NCBI GenBank assembly: GCA_036446035.1
Contig: JAZFSG010000095.1
Span: forward strand, 1 to 49,197
Length of the DNA: 49,197 nucleotides
Source of the DNA: Acidimicrobiia bacterium
GTDB lineage: Bacteria; Actinomycetota; Acidimicrobiia; Spongiisociales; JAOTWH01
Direction of reading: 5' to 3'
Position numbers and translations under genes: made by a program. The notes under the pieces are model-generated. The model worked only from the letters and a program-made list of their open reading frames with translations. It had not been told where the DNA came from and ran no database searches. Below are positions 14,951 to 24,124 of the stretch, piece by piece (position 1 is the stretch's first letter; every line of letters starts with the position of its first letter).

Positions 14951-17905
14951 ATGGTGACGCGGATTGGACCCGAAGACTGGCCGGAGGCCGTCGCCAGGAC
15001 AGAGGGACCGCAGATGATCGTCTCGGGTCCTGGCGCAGGAAAGACGGAGTTTCTGGTACGACGCGCCCTCCACCTGATCAACGAACTCGGGGTCAAGCCG
15101 GAGTCGATGCTGCTCCTCAGCTTCTCGCGGCGTAGCGCCTCGGACTTGCGACATCGCATCTCCAGCCGCCTCAATCGCTCGTTCACCGAAGTGCCGTCTT
15201 CGACCTTCCACGCGCTGGCAGCACGCCTCATCGAGGCCAACGGCCCCCAGGTCTTGGGACTGCGCCGCGTCCCGGCGCTGCTTACTGCGCCCGAGCAAGT
15301 CGATCTGGTCCAGAGCCTCCTCGCCACTGAAGATCCCAAGCGTTGGCCGGTGCCACATCGAGCCATGCTGACGAGCCACACGTTCGCTGTAGAGGTCACT
15401 GACTTCATACTGAGGTGCCGCGACCTGTTGGTCGACGCTCCGACTCTGGCGACACGGGTCCAAGAGCGCGACCAATGGCGTGGCCTCGATCTCTTCCTGT
15501 CGCGTTACGACGCGCGGCTAGCGCAAGAGGATCGCATCGACTATGGCACGTTGCAGTCACGGGCAGTCGAGGTGCTTGCGGACGAGGAGGTGGCCGCCCA
15601 GGTGACTGCTGCCCATCCGTACATCCTTGTCGACGAGTTCCAGGACACCACGCGGGTCCAGGCCGAAATGCTGCGCCTGTTGTATGGCGGACATCGCAAC
15701 CTGACAGTCACCGGCGACCCCTACCAGTCGATCTACAGCTTTCGGGGGGCAGACGCCTCCAACCTCACGGACTTCCCGACATCCTTTCCCGATGCCGATG
15801 GCAATCCCGCCGCCCACTTTGCCCTCACGACGAGTTTTCGAGTCCGCCAGGAGATCCTGCGCTCCGCCGAGCGGATCACGGCCGGCGGAGCGCTGCCCGA
15901 GGTTGCCGGTCCCGTTGAGTCCGCTCCCGGCCCATCGAGCGTTGAGGTCTATCGGTTCACACAGCAAAGCGAGGAAGCGGAGTGGATCGCCGCTGAAGCC
16001 GAGCGACTGCATCGGGTAGAAGGCATTCCCTACGGCGAGATCGCGGTCCTCGTTCGCACCAAGCGCCGCATCCTCAGCGAGCTGTCGCGGGCCCTCGACC
16101 GCCGTGGCATCGCCCACGACCGGCCCGACGCGCGATCGATCGATCAGCCGGCTATCCGCATCGTCCTCGACATCGTCATAGCGGCGACCGGCGCCGGTGA
16201 AGAGCGCGCAGCTGCGGTGCAGCGTCTGCTGCTTGGCCCTCTCTACTCGGTGACGCTTGGTCGATGGCGCGAGCTGGAACGCGCCGCCGCACGAGCCCAC
16301 ACGGGTTGGGTATCGGTGTTGAGGTCGGAGATTCCCGAGGCCGGCGACCTCGCAGACCTCATCGAGAACCCGTCTTGGGCCACAGACAAGCCCGCCGCCG
16401 ACGGGTTCTGGTATCTATGGGAGCACCTCGACCGGTTCGACGTCTTTGCCGTCGCCGCCGACGGCAGCGCTCGCCGCGCCTTGTCGTCGCTGTCGCAAGT
16501 CCTCACCCGCCTCCGCGAACGCAACGAGGGGGCCACCCTTGCCGACTACACGACGATCGCCGAAAGCGAGGAGTTCGAGGCGCTTCCCTTGCTCGCCTTC
16601 GACGCTCCGCAAGAGGACAGGCTCGCCCTCACCACAATGCACCAGGCCAAGGGGCTCGAGTTCCAAGCGGTCTTCATCGCCGATGCCACCGAAGGCGTGC
16701 TCCCCGACCTTCGGCCGCGTGACTCGTTCCTGGACACCCGCCTCCTCGACACCCGTCAATCCGTCGACCGCTCCGAATACGCGTTGGCGCGACTGCGTGA
16801 AGAGATGCGGCTGGCGTACACCGCGATGTGTCGCGCCTCGAGCCGCGTCGTGTGGACAACGACGGCTTCCGGCGTGGCCGAGGACCACGGCTCGCCAAGT
16901 CGGTTCCTTGCAGCCGTCGCCGGTGTGCTAACGGTTGACGATGCGCTGGAGTCGCCCGGCGATAGCAGTGTGCCCGTGACGCCGCGGGCCGTCTTAGCTT
17001 CACTTCGAAGAGCCGTCCGCGATGTTGGGTCAGGAGAGGCCGCGCCGCGACTCGCCGCCCTCGGCGCCCTCGCAGCTCGCAGCGACCTTCCAGCATTCGC
17101 CCATGGAACGGTGGAACGAGGTCCGGAAGACGGGCTGGTGGCGCCTGACATGACGCTCTCGCCGTCGCAGGCCGAGGCCTTCGACACCTGTCCCCGACGT
17201 TACGTCCTGGAACGCAGACTCCATGTTGGCGATACCTCGACCGTCTATCTGCACTTCGGAAGCCTCATCCATGAAGTTCTCGAGGGCACCGAAAAAGCCG
17301 CCCTCGACGCCGGGGAACCGCGGGGCACCGAAGAAGCAGCCCTGATCCATCTGGAGGAACAGTTCGATCCTGTCCAATTCGGTGGCGAGCCATGGGCTAC
17401 GGGCTGGCGACGCCGAGCCGAGGAGTGCCTCGCCCGGCTCTACAGGAACTGGCCGGATGGGTCATTGCCCGTTGTCGATGTCGAGCGATCGTTTCGAACG
17501 GACATCGCGGGCCACACCTGGACGGGTCGCGCCGATCGGGTCGAGGGAGCTGAGGGTCGGCTGCGCATCGTCGACTACAAGACCTCGGGCTCTGCCAAGT
17601 CCGTCGCCGAAGGCAAGGAGTCTCTGCAACTCGCCTTCTATGCTCTCGCCGCCAACGCCGACGAAGGCCTCGGCGGGACTGTCTCCGCCGCGGAACTCTG
17701 GTACCCGGCTGCTCGTGGAGCCAAGTCGGTCACGGTCCGCAAGCTCGCCATGGAGGATCTCGACGAGCTAGAGGAACGGCTCGGCGAGGCGGCCACGGGC
17801 ATCTTCGCGGGGTCTTGGGAGCCCACACCGAGCGATGCCTGTGACCGCTGTCGCGTCCGCCAGCTGTGCCCAGCCTGGCCTGAGGGCAACGAGGCCTTCG
17901 CATGA
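14951..17905 (+). CDS. adnA: UvrD-like helicase / RecB-type nuclease fusion, AdnA-like subunit
   Basis: GPGAGKT, VDEFQD, GDPYQSIYSFRGA, HQAKGLEF, LAYTAMCRA; C-terminal CPRR...GRADRV...IVDYKT...QLAFYA...CDRC.....C. Confidence 0.85.
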   Translation: MVTRIGPEDWPEAVARTEGPQMIVSGPGAGKTEFLVRRALHLINELGVKPESMLLLSFSRRSASDLRHRISSRLNRSFTEVPSSTFHALAARLIEANGPQVLGLRRVPALLTAPEQVDLVQSLLATEDPKRWPVPHRAMLTSHTFAVEVTDFILRCRDLLVDAPTLATRVQERDQWRGLDLFLSRYDARLAQEDRIDYGTLQSRAVEVLADEEVAAQVTAAHPYILVDEFQDTTRVQAEMLRLLYGGHRNLTVTGDPYQSIYSFRGADASNLTDFPTSFPDADGNPAAHFALTTSFRVRQEILRSAERITAGGALPEVAGPVESAPGPSSVEVYRFTQQSEEAEWIAAEAERLHRVEGIPYGEIAVLVRTKRRILSELSRALDRRGIAHDRPDARSIDQPAIRIVLDIVIAATGAGEERAAAVQRLLLGPLYSVTLGRWRELERAAARAHTGWVSVLRSEIPEAGDLADLIENPSWATDKPAADGFWYLWEHLDRFDVFAVAADGSARRALSSLSQVLTRLRERNEGATLADYTTIAESEEFEALPLLAFDAPQEDRLALTTMHQAKGLEFQAVFIADATEGVLPDLRPRDSFLDTRLLDTRQSVDRSEYALARLREEMRLAYTAMCRASSRVVWTTTASGVAEDHGSPSRFLAAVAGVLTVDDALESPGDSSVPVTPRAVLASLRRAVRDVGSGEAAPRLAALGALAARSDLPAFAHGTVERGPEDGLVAPDMTLSPSQAEAFDTCPRRYVLERRLHVGDTSTVYLHFGSLIHEVLEGTEKAALDAGEPRGTEEAALIHLEEQFDPVQFGGEPWATGWRRRAEECLARLYRNWPDGSLPVVDVERSFRTDIAGHTWTGRADRVEGAEGRLRIVDYKTSGSAKSVAEGKESLQLAFYALAANADEGLGGTVSAAELWYPAARGAKSVTVRKLAMEDLDELEERLGEAATGIFAGSWEPTPSDACDRCRVRQLCPAWPEGNEAFA

Positions 17906-20900
17906 TTCCGACGCCGGAGCAAAGCGCAGTCATCGCCCATCCGCTCGAACCGTTGCGAGTCGTCGCCGGCGCTGGTGCCGGCAAGACGTCGACGATGGCG
18001 CTGCGCCTTTGCCACCTGGTCAGCAAGGAGCTAAGCGACCCGATCGAACCCGAGCAGGCGCTCGGCATCACGTTCACCAACAAGGCCGCCGAACAGCTCT
18101 CGAACAGCCTGCGAACCCTGTTGCCGGAACTAACCACTGCTGGGCGCAGCGTGGCTGTGGCCACATATCACGGTTTCGCCCGTTCGCTCCTCGTCGAGTT
18201 CGGCGCCCTCGTCGGCATCGAACGCAACGCCGTCCTACTGGGAGCTGGATATCAACGGGAGCTGATGCGCCGCGCTCTCGGGGGCGGGCACTACGACCAG
18301 CTCGATCTTTCTGCCGCAGCGAGGCGAGTCGAGGACATGAGCACCCTCTGGGGCCATCTCGGCGACAACCTGCGAACACCGGAGCAGCTGCTCACCCTCA
18401 GCGGGGATGAGGTGGTCGAAGCCAGGAGCGAGTTGGCGTCGGCGCTTGGCAGATACGCCAAGATCAAGCGAGACGTTGGCATGGTCGACTACAGCGATCT
18501 CATCGCTATGGCCCATGCCCTCATGGACAAGCACGAAGACATCGCAGACACAGTGCGAAGCCGATATCGCGTTGTGTTGCTCGACGAGTTCCAGGACACC
18601 AATGCCGCCCAACGACTGCTACTTCTCTCGATATTCGGGCGAGGGTTTCCCGTGACCGCGGTTGGCGATGCCGACCAGACCATCTACGAGTGGCGGGGCG
18701 CCTCGATCGACAACTTCGAGTCCTTCCCAACTCACTTCGCCAAGGCCGACGGATCCCCAGCGGCGACGCTGACACTCAGTGTCAATCATCGGTCGGACCG
18801 GCTCATCCTCGATGTCGCCAACGTCGTCAAGGGCCAGATCGGCGGCGACGCCGGCGTCGACCGGCTCCAGCCCGGCCCGAACGCCTCCGCCGGCTTTGTC
18901 GGTTGCGCCCGCCTCAACAACCGCAAGACCGAGGCAGAGTTCATCGCAGACGAGATCCAGCAACTCCACGGCGACCTGGCGTGGAGAGACGTGGCCTGCC
19001 TCTTCCGGCGCAACTCGGACATCGGCGCCATTCGTGAAGCGTTGGAGCGCCGCTCCATCCCGGTCGAAGTTGCCAGCCTCGGTGGCCTCCTAGACGTCCC
19101 GATCGTGGCCGACCTCCATGCCTGGCTGCGGGTGCTTGGCGATCCCGACGATGCAGTCGCCGCCCTGCGCATCCTCATCCGGGGGCGCTACCGGCTCGGC
19201 CTCGGCGACATCGGGCCTCTTGCCAGTTGGGTGCGGGCAGGCAAGGGCGAGAAAGATGGAGTGCCGGGACGGGTTCTCCTCGAGGCCATCGACGAGCTGG
19301 ACAAGGTTCCGCATCCCCGGGAGGCGGCTCGCGAGCGCCTCGAGCATTTCCGCTCGCTCTTTCGGGACCTGCTGCAGCAGGCGCAGGGAGTTTCCTTGGT
19401 CGAGTTGTGCCTCCGCATCCTCGATCGCACGGACACCTGGCAAGAGGTGGAGGCTCTCGACGACGCGGCACGACTTTCGGCCCGCCTCAACCTCTATCGC
19501 TTCCTCGACCTTGCAGAGGAGTGGAGTCCGCTCGAGGGCAGGCCTTCCCTGAGGTCGTTCCTGGAATACCTGGAGCTCCTCGCCGAGGAGACATCCACCG
19601 ACCAACTGGACACGGCTCGGCTGTCCGGCGAGGACGCCGTCGCGCTCATGACCGTTCATCGCGCCAAGGGGCTGGAGTGGCCGGCCGTCTTCCTTCCTGC
19701 GGTTGTCGACGCCGTCTTCCCGGCCAGGGGTGGCACCAGCGACGATCCCGTCGATCAGGCGCGCTCACTCCCCTACGAGCTACGCGTCGACCGGGACCAT
19801 CTGCCACAGCTTCCCGACAACAAGAAGGCACGCCTGGACGTGCTGCGACCCATTCGAATGCGCCAGGAGTGGCGGGTCGCCTATGTCGCCGTCACCCGCG
19901 CCAAGAGCCGCCTATATCTCACCGGAGCCCATTGGTATGGAGGCGTCAAGCCGAAGGACCCGAGCGAGTTCTATGACCTGGTGGCAGGCATTTCAGGGGT
20001 GACGGTTCTCGCAGATGAAGAGCGAGGCGAGCGACCACATCTCGATACCAATGACGGCCCTGCCGAGTCCGACCATGTCTTCGGAGAGGGAGGCTGGGAG
20101 GTGGGCCTGCGGCGGGCGCTGGCCGACCCGTCTTGGCCGGCTCAGGAGGCCGAACGTCTTGGGCTAGGTGCCGCCTACGCTGCAGCTATGGATCAAATGG
20201 GCATGGACCTCGGCGAAGCCACCGTCGAGGCCCAAGCCCCCGACGAGCCGTTCCGGACCTCAGTCACAGGTCTCGTTACCTACGCCACCTGTCCCAAGCG
20301 CTTCTTCTGGTCGGAGATCGACCGATTGCCCAGGCGACCATCCAAGGCTGCCAGGCGCGGCGTTGAGGTGCATCGCCAAATCGAGCTGCACAACCGAGGA
20401 GCGATGGCGCTCGAGTGGGAAAGGGACGATCCATACGACGTAGCTCCCGACGAGGGCAGCGAAAGGGTCACGGGGGCGTTCGACGCCTACATGGCCTCCC
20501 GGTTCGCCGCAGAGCGACCGGCGTTCGTCGAGGTGCCGTTCGACCTCGACCTGAAAACAGCCCGCATCCGCGGACGCATCGACGCCATATACGCCGACGG
20601 TGGCGATTGGGAGATCGTCGACTTCAAGTCCGGCCAACCCAGGGAAGACCCGGCGCGCCGGGTGCAGCTGGAGGCCTATGCGGTTGCCGCTACCGACGTG
20701 CCGTTCGGGGCAACTGCCCCCGATTCGCTACGGGTGACGTTCGCCTACCTCGGAGGTGGTCTCACCGAGGTCACCGAGGCGGTCGACGACGCCTGGCTCT
20801 CTGGCGCCCGCGGTCACCTGGGCGAGCTGACCGCGGCCGCTGCCGGCGAGGCCTACGACACGACGCCGTCAGATGCGTGCCGGGGCTGCGACTTCCTCCG

Positions 20901-20952
20901 CTTCTGCGATCCGGGCAAGGCTTTCGTGGAGGAAGCTCCCGCCACGCCCTAG
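17902..20952 (+). CDS. adnB: UvrD-like helicase / RecB-type nuclease fusion, AdnB-like subunit
   Basis: PTPEQ, AGAGAGKT, TFTNKAA, LDEFQDTN, GDADQTIYEWRGA, TVHRAKGLEW, YVAVTRAK; nuclease RGRIDAIY...VDFKSG...QLEAYA. ATGA overlap with adnA. Confidence 0.87.
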   Translation: MIPTPEQSAVIAHPLEPLRVVAGAGAGKTSTMALRLCHLVSKELSDPIEPEQALGITFTNKAAEQLSNSLRTLLPELTTAGRSVAVATYHGFARSLLVEFGALVGIERNAVLLGAGYQRELMRRALGGGHYDQLDLSAAARRVEDMSTLWGHLGDNLRTPEQLLTLSGDEVVEARSELASALGRYAKIKRDVGMVDYSDLIAMAHALMDKHEDIADTVRSRYRVVLLDEFQDTNAAQRLLLLSIFGRGFPVTAVGDADQTIYEWRGASIDNFESFPTHFAKADGSPAATLTLSVNHRSDRLILDVANVVKGQIGGDAGVDRLQPGPNASAGFVGCARLNNRKTEAEFIADEIQQLHGDLAWRDVACLFRRNSDIGAIREALERRSIPVEVASLGGLLDVPIVADLHAWLRVLGDPDDAVAALRILIRGRYRLGLGDIGPLASWVRAGKGEKDGVPGRVLLEAIDELDKVPHPREAARERLEHFRSLFRDLLQQAQGVSLVELCLRILDRTDTWQEVEALDDAARLSARLNLYRFLDLAEEWSPLEGRPSLRSFLEYLELLAEETSTDQLDTARLSGEDAVALMTVHRAKGLEWPAVFLPAVVDAVFPARGGTSDDPVDQARSLPYELRVDRDHLPQLPDNKKARLDVLRPIRMRQEWRVAYVAVTRAKSRLYLTGAHWYGGVKPKDPSEFYDLVAGISGVTVLADEERGERPHLDTNDGPAESDHVFGEGGWEVGLRRALADPSWPAQEAERLGLGAAYAAAMDQMGMDLGEATVEAQAPDEPFRTSVTGLVTYATCPKRFFWSEIDRLPRRPSKAARRGVEVHRQIELHNRGAMALEWERDDPYDVAPDEGSERVTGAFDAYMASRFAAERPAFVEVPFDLDLKTARIRGRIDAIYADGGDWEIVDFKSGQPREDPARRVQLEAYAVAATDVPFGATAPDSLRVTFAYLGGGLTEVTEAVDDAWLSGARGHLGELTAAAAGEAYDTTPSDACRGCDFLRFCDPGKAFVEEAPATP

Positions 20953-20963
20953 ACGCGACAGAA

Positions 20964-20979
20964 CCCCGCCGATGCGGGG
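20964..20979 (-). terminator. Hairpin between convergent adnB and hup, possible terminator
   Basis: CCCCGC-cgat-GCGGGG with only a short T-run (TTCTGT) on the minus strand. Confidence 0.4.
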
Positions 20980-21002
20980 CCCTGCAGCGCACGCGGGTGC
21001 TG

Positions 21003-21296
21003 TTACTGGGCTACGCGATCCTTGAGGCCCTTGGCAGCCTTGAAGGTCGGGTAGGTCTTGCCTTCGATATGGATCTCGGCACCGGTGGCCGGGTTGCGAC
21101 CTTTGCGGGGCCCGCGGTACTTGGTCCCGAAGCTCCCGAAACCGTAGACAGACACATCGCCGCCAGCGTCAAGCTCGACAGCGATGATGCCTTCACCCGG
21201 CGTTGTGGAGAAAATGAGATCAATGATCTCCTCAGCTCGGGACTTGGAAAGCTCGGCCTTCTTGGCCAGCTTCTCAGCCATCTCCGACTTATTCAT
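21003..21296 (-). CDS. hup: HU family DNA-binding protein
   Basis: MNKSEM..KLA, GFGSF, RKGRNPATG.EI.I, PTFKA.K.LKD; AAGGAG RBS. Confidence 0.93.
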   Translation of the reverse strand: MNKSEMAEKLAKKAELSKSRAEEIIDLIFSTTPGEGIIAVELDAGGDVSVYGFGSFGTKYRGPRKGRNPATGAEIHIEGKTYPTFKAAKGLKDRVAQ

Positions 21297-21417
21297 ACCA
21301 ACTCCTTGCTCGTACCCCCGAACGCCAGCGGCTCAGGGCGTGTACACGGCCCCATGGTACCGCAGTCATTGGGCTTCGCGGTTGCAATCCCCTTGTTTTG
21401 CTGGCTTTGACCAGTAT

Positions 21418-21873
21418 TCAACGAATCGAGCCGGCGTCTGACTCAAGAACGATGGTGACGGGGCCGTCGTTGGTGAGACGCACACTCATAGCAGCACCGA
21501 AGACTCCGGTGGCGACGCCGATTCCCTTTTCGGCAACCGCTTCGGCCACTCTCTGCACCAGCGGAGCCGCATGATCCGGCTGCGCTGCTCCCACGAACGA
21601 CGGTCGACGGCCCTTGCGCACGTTCGCCAGCAGCGTGAACTGGCTGACGATGAGCATCTGGCCGTCGATGTCGGCCACCGAGAGGTTCATCTTGTCATCG
21701 GCGCCCGTGAACACTCGAAGGTCCGCGAGCTTGTTGGCGACAGCAACGGCGTCGGCTTCCGAGTCGTCGGGAGCGACGCCGACGAGGACGAGCAAGCCCT
21801 GGCCGATCTCCGCAACGGTGTCTCCGCCAACGACAACCGACGCCTCGGTCACCCGCTGGGCGACGACCTTCAC
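21418..21873 (-). CDS. dtd: D-aminoacyl-tRNA deacylase
   Basis: QRV.EASV, KMNLSV, VSQFTL, KGRRPSF, FGA.M.V.LTNDGPVT. Confidence 0.95.
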   Translation of the reverse strand: MKVVAQRVTEASVVVGGDTVAEIGQGLLVLVGVAPDDSEADAVAVANKLADLRVFTGADDKMNLSVADIDGQMLIVSQFTLLANVRKGRRPSFVGAAQPDHAAPLVQRVAEAVAEKGIGVATGVFGAAMSVRLTNDGPVTIVLESDAGSIR

Positions 21874-21964
21874 TGTGTGAGAGCGCCTGACAAGGCAGTA
21901 ACGATGGGCCGGATCTCCATTGGTCGATGGTATGTCCGGCGGTGTCTGTAGCCTCGTCGCCGAA

Positions 21965-22834
21965 GTGCCTTACCTCACTAATGTCCTGCGCGGTTTCTTG
22001 ATGGGGTCGGCCGACATCGTCCCTGGAGTATCCGGCGGCACCATCGCCTTGCTGCTCGGAATCTATGAGCGACTGGTCCACAACCTACGAACTGGGTCAG
22101 GAGTTCTCGGAGCGGTGCTCCGTGGCCGTTTCCGCGAGGTCAAAGAACGCTGGGAGGAGATCGAGTGGGGCTTCCTGTTGACCCTGCTGGCGGGCATCTT
22201 GATCGCCATCGTGACGCTGGCTCGCCTGCTCGGCAACCTCCTCGATGACCACCCCCAGGCCATGGCAGGTCTGTTCTTCGGACTCATCGTCGCTTCCATC
22301 GCTATCGCCTGGGGCCGCGTCAGGAAGTGGAATGACGCGCTCTGGGTGTCGACGGCCATCGCCTCCGTTGCGGCGTTCCTACTTCTTGGGTTGCGGTCGG
22401 GCGACGCCGGCGATCCGCCGACGCTGGCGTTCCTCGCCGTTGGAGCGGTTGCGATCATGGCCATGATCCTGCCGGGGATCTCCGGCTCGTTCATCCTGCT
22501 GATGCTGGGCATGTACGAGGCGGTGTTGGCGGCCGTGAACGATCGCGAGCTGGGCACCCTCATCGTGTTCGGTGCCGGCGCCGTACTGGGCCTTGCTGCC
22601 TTCTCTACGATGCTCGACCGCCTGCTTCGCCACCACCACGACCTGACGATGGCGGTCCTCATCGGTGTGATGATCGGCTCCCTGCGCGTGCTGTGGCCAT
22701 GGCCGGATGGAACGGACAGCGCGGCTCTGGGACGGCCGCAGGACTGGGTGGTACCGGTGCTGTTGGCTGTTGTTGGGGCGGCGGTGATCGCGGCCATCGG
22801 CCGTTACGCCGCGGTACGGGCTACCTCCGACTGA
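21965..22834 (+). CDS. DUF368 membrane protein (putative undecaprenyl-phosphate translocase family)
   Basis: GFLMGSADIVPGVSGGTIA...GIYERL and AMILPGISGSFILLMLG signature repeats. Confidence 0.88.
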   Translation: MPYLTNVLRGFLMGSADIVPGVSGGTIALLLGIYERLVHNLRTGSGVLGAVLRGRFREVKERWEEIEWGFLLTLLAGILIAIVTLARLLGNLLDDHPQAMAGLFFGLIVASIAIAWGRVRKWNDALWVSTAIASVAAFLLLGLRSGDAGDPPTLAFLAVGAVAIMAMILPGISGSFILLMLGMYEAVLAAVNDRELGTLIVFGAGAVLGLAAFSTMLDRLLRHHHDLTMAVLIGVMIGSLRVLWPWPDGTDSAALGRPQDWVVPVLLAVVGAAVIAAIGRYAAVRATSD

Positions 22835-22925
22835 GGATGGCGTCTGCGACCTCGAACGGAGAGATTCGGTAGGTGCCGCGTCGCACTCGGCGCCGCAGGC
22901 GCCACATCTTGAAGTGCCGCGTCAT
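22821..22925 (-). CDS. Putative 34-aa microprotein resembling the FlgM C-terminal anti-sigma motif
   Basis: Below the ORF-track cutoff. MTRHFKMWRLRRRVRRGTYRISPFEVADAILSRR*; ATG overlaps the antiporter stop (ATGA). Confidence 0.45.
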   Translation of the reverse strand: MTRHFKMWRLRRRVRRGTYRISPFEVADAILSRR

Positions 22926-24124
22926 GGGGAGACTTCCTCCGGCGCCGGGACGAGTGCCCTGAAGGCCACCGGCCCGAAGATGGCGCTGACGGCAACCAGC
23001 AGAATGGCGCCGGCTCGCAGACCCGACGAGATCAAGCCCAGGTCGAGTCCGACATCAGCAAGTGCGATGATGACGCTGAGTTGCCCGGCCAGCAGGAAGC
23101 CGGCGCCGAGGGATTGACGGAGCGAGAAGCCGCGCAACATCAGCACCAGCGACGGGACCACCTTGATGGCAACGGCCACCACGATGAGGGCAAGTGCCTG
23201 GGCCAGAATGTCCGCGTCGCGCAGCTCGTCGAGCGGGAAGGTGAGCCCGACGTTGATGAAGAAGATCGGGATGAAGAAGCCGTAAGAGAAGCCGTTCAAC
23301 TGCTCCTCCAACGACCCGAGGTCTCTGAACACGAAACTGAACAACAGGCCGGCCAGGAAGGCCCCGAGAATCGCCTCGATGCCGAGCAGCGCCGACAGGC
23401 CGACGAACACGAACATCAGAGCCAGGCTGGCTCTGATCCCGAGCTCCTCGGGATCGTCTGAGGCGAAGAGCCTGCTGAATCGCTCTGGGTACCACCAGGC
23501 TGCGCGCCGCAGTAGGACGAGCGAGGCGCCGATGACGAAGAACAGCAGCGGTACAGCCGCCAGATCCCAGGTGAATCCCTTTTCGACGAGAATCACGAAC
23601 ACCACGATGCCGATGACGGCGGCCACCTCGGCGAACATGGCGATGAGCAGCGTTACCTGGCCGATGGGTGTGCTCAGGTTCCTCCCAGCGCGCAGTGTCG
23701 GCAGGACGAGGCCAAGTGCAGCCGCCGAGATGAGCAGTGTCAGGAAGACGCGTTGATCGTTGGAGGTCGTGTCAACGAACCCGCTGCCGATCCAAGCCGC
23801 CGCGACGAAGAGGCCGAAGACCACGAGCCCGGTAACCAGCTGTCGCGGCCCCTGGCGCTCGAGGCGATCGAAGTCGATCTCGATTCCGGCGAGGAACATC
23901 AAGAGGAAGAGGCCAAGTTCCGCCAGGAAGGTGATGAGCTCTTCACCGACGTCGATGATTCCAAAGGTCGGTCCCACCAGGATGCCGAAGAGGATCTCTG
24001 CCACCACGGCAGGCAATCGGATGCGCCTTGCGAGCAGGGGGATAACGAAGGCCCCCGCTGCGATGAGGATGAGCGACAACGGGGTGGCAACGCCATGGGC
24101 ACCTTCGGCTGCGAAGATCATCAC
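22922..24124 (-). CDS. Cation:proton antiporter (CPA2/Kef-type)
   Basis: About 12 TM; P.VVAEILFGILVGP, ELG..LLMFLAGIEID, E.ILGAFLAG, GFFIPIFFI.VG. Confidence 0.88.
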   Translation of the reverse strand: MMIFAAEGAHGVATPLSLILIAAGAFVIPLLARRIRLPAVVAEILFGILVGPTFGIIDVGEELITFLAELGLFLLMFLAGIEIDFDRLERQGPRQLVTGLVVFGLFVAAAWIGSGFVDTTSNDQRVFLTLLISAAALGLVLPTLRAGRNLSTPIGQVTLLIAMFAEVAAVIGIVVFVILVEKGFTWDLAAVPLLFFVIGASLVLLRRAAWWYPERFSRLFASDDPEELGIRASLALMFVFVGLSALLGIEAILGAFLAGLLFSFVFRDLGSLEEQLNGFSYGFFIPIFFINVGLTFPLDELRDADILAQALALIVVAVAIKVVPSLVLMLRGFSLRQSLGAGFLLAGQLSVIIALADVGLDLGLISSGLRAGAILLVAVSAIFGPVAFRALVPAPEEVSP

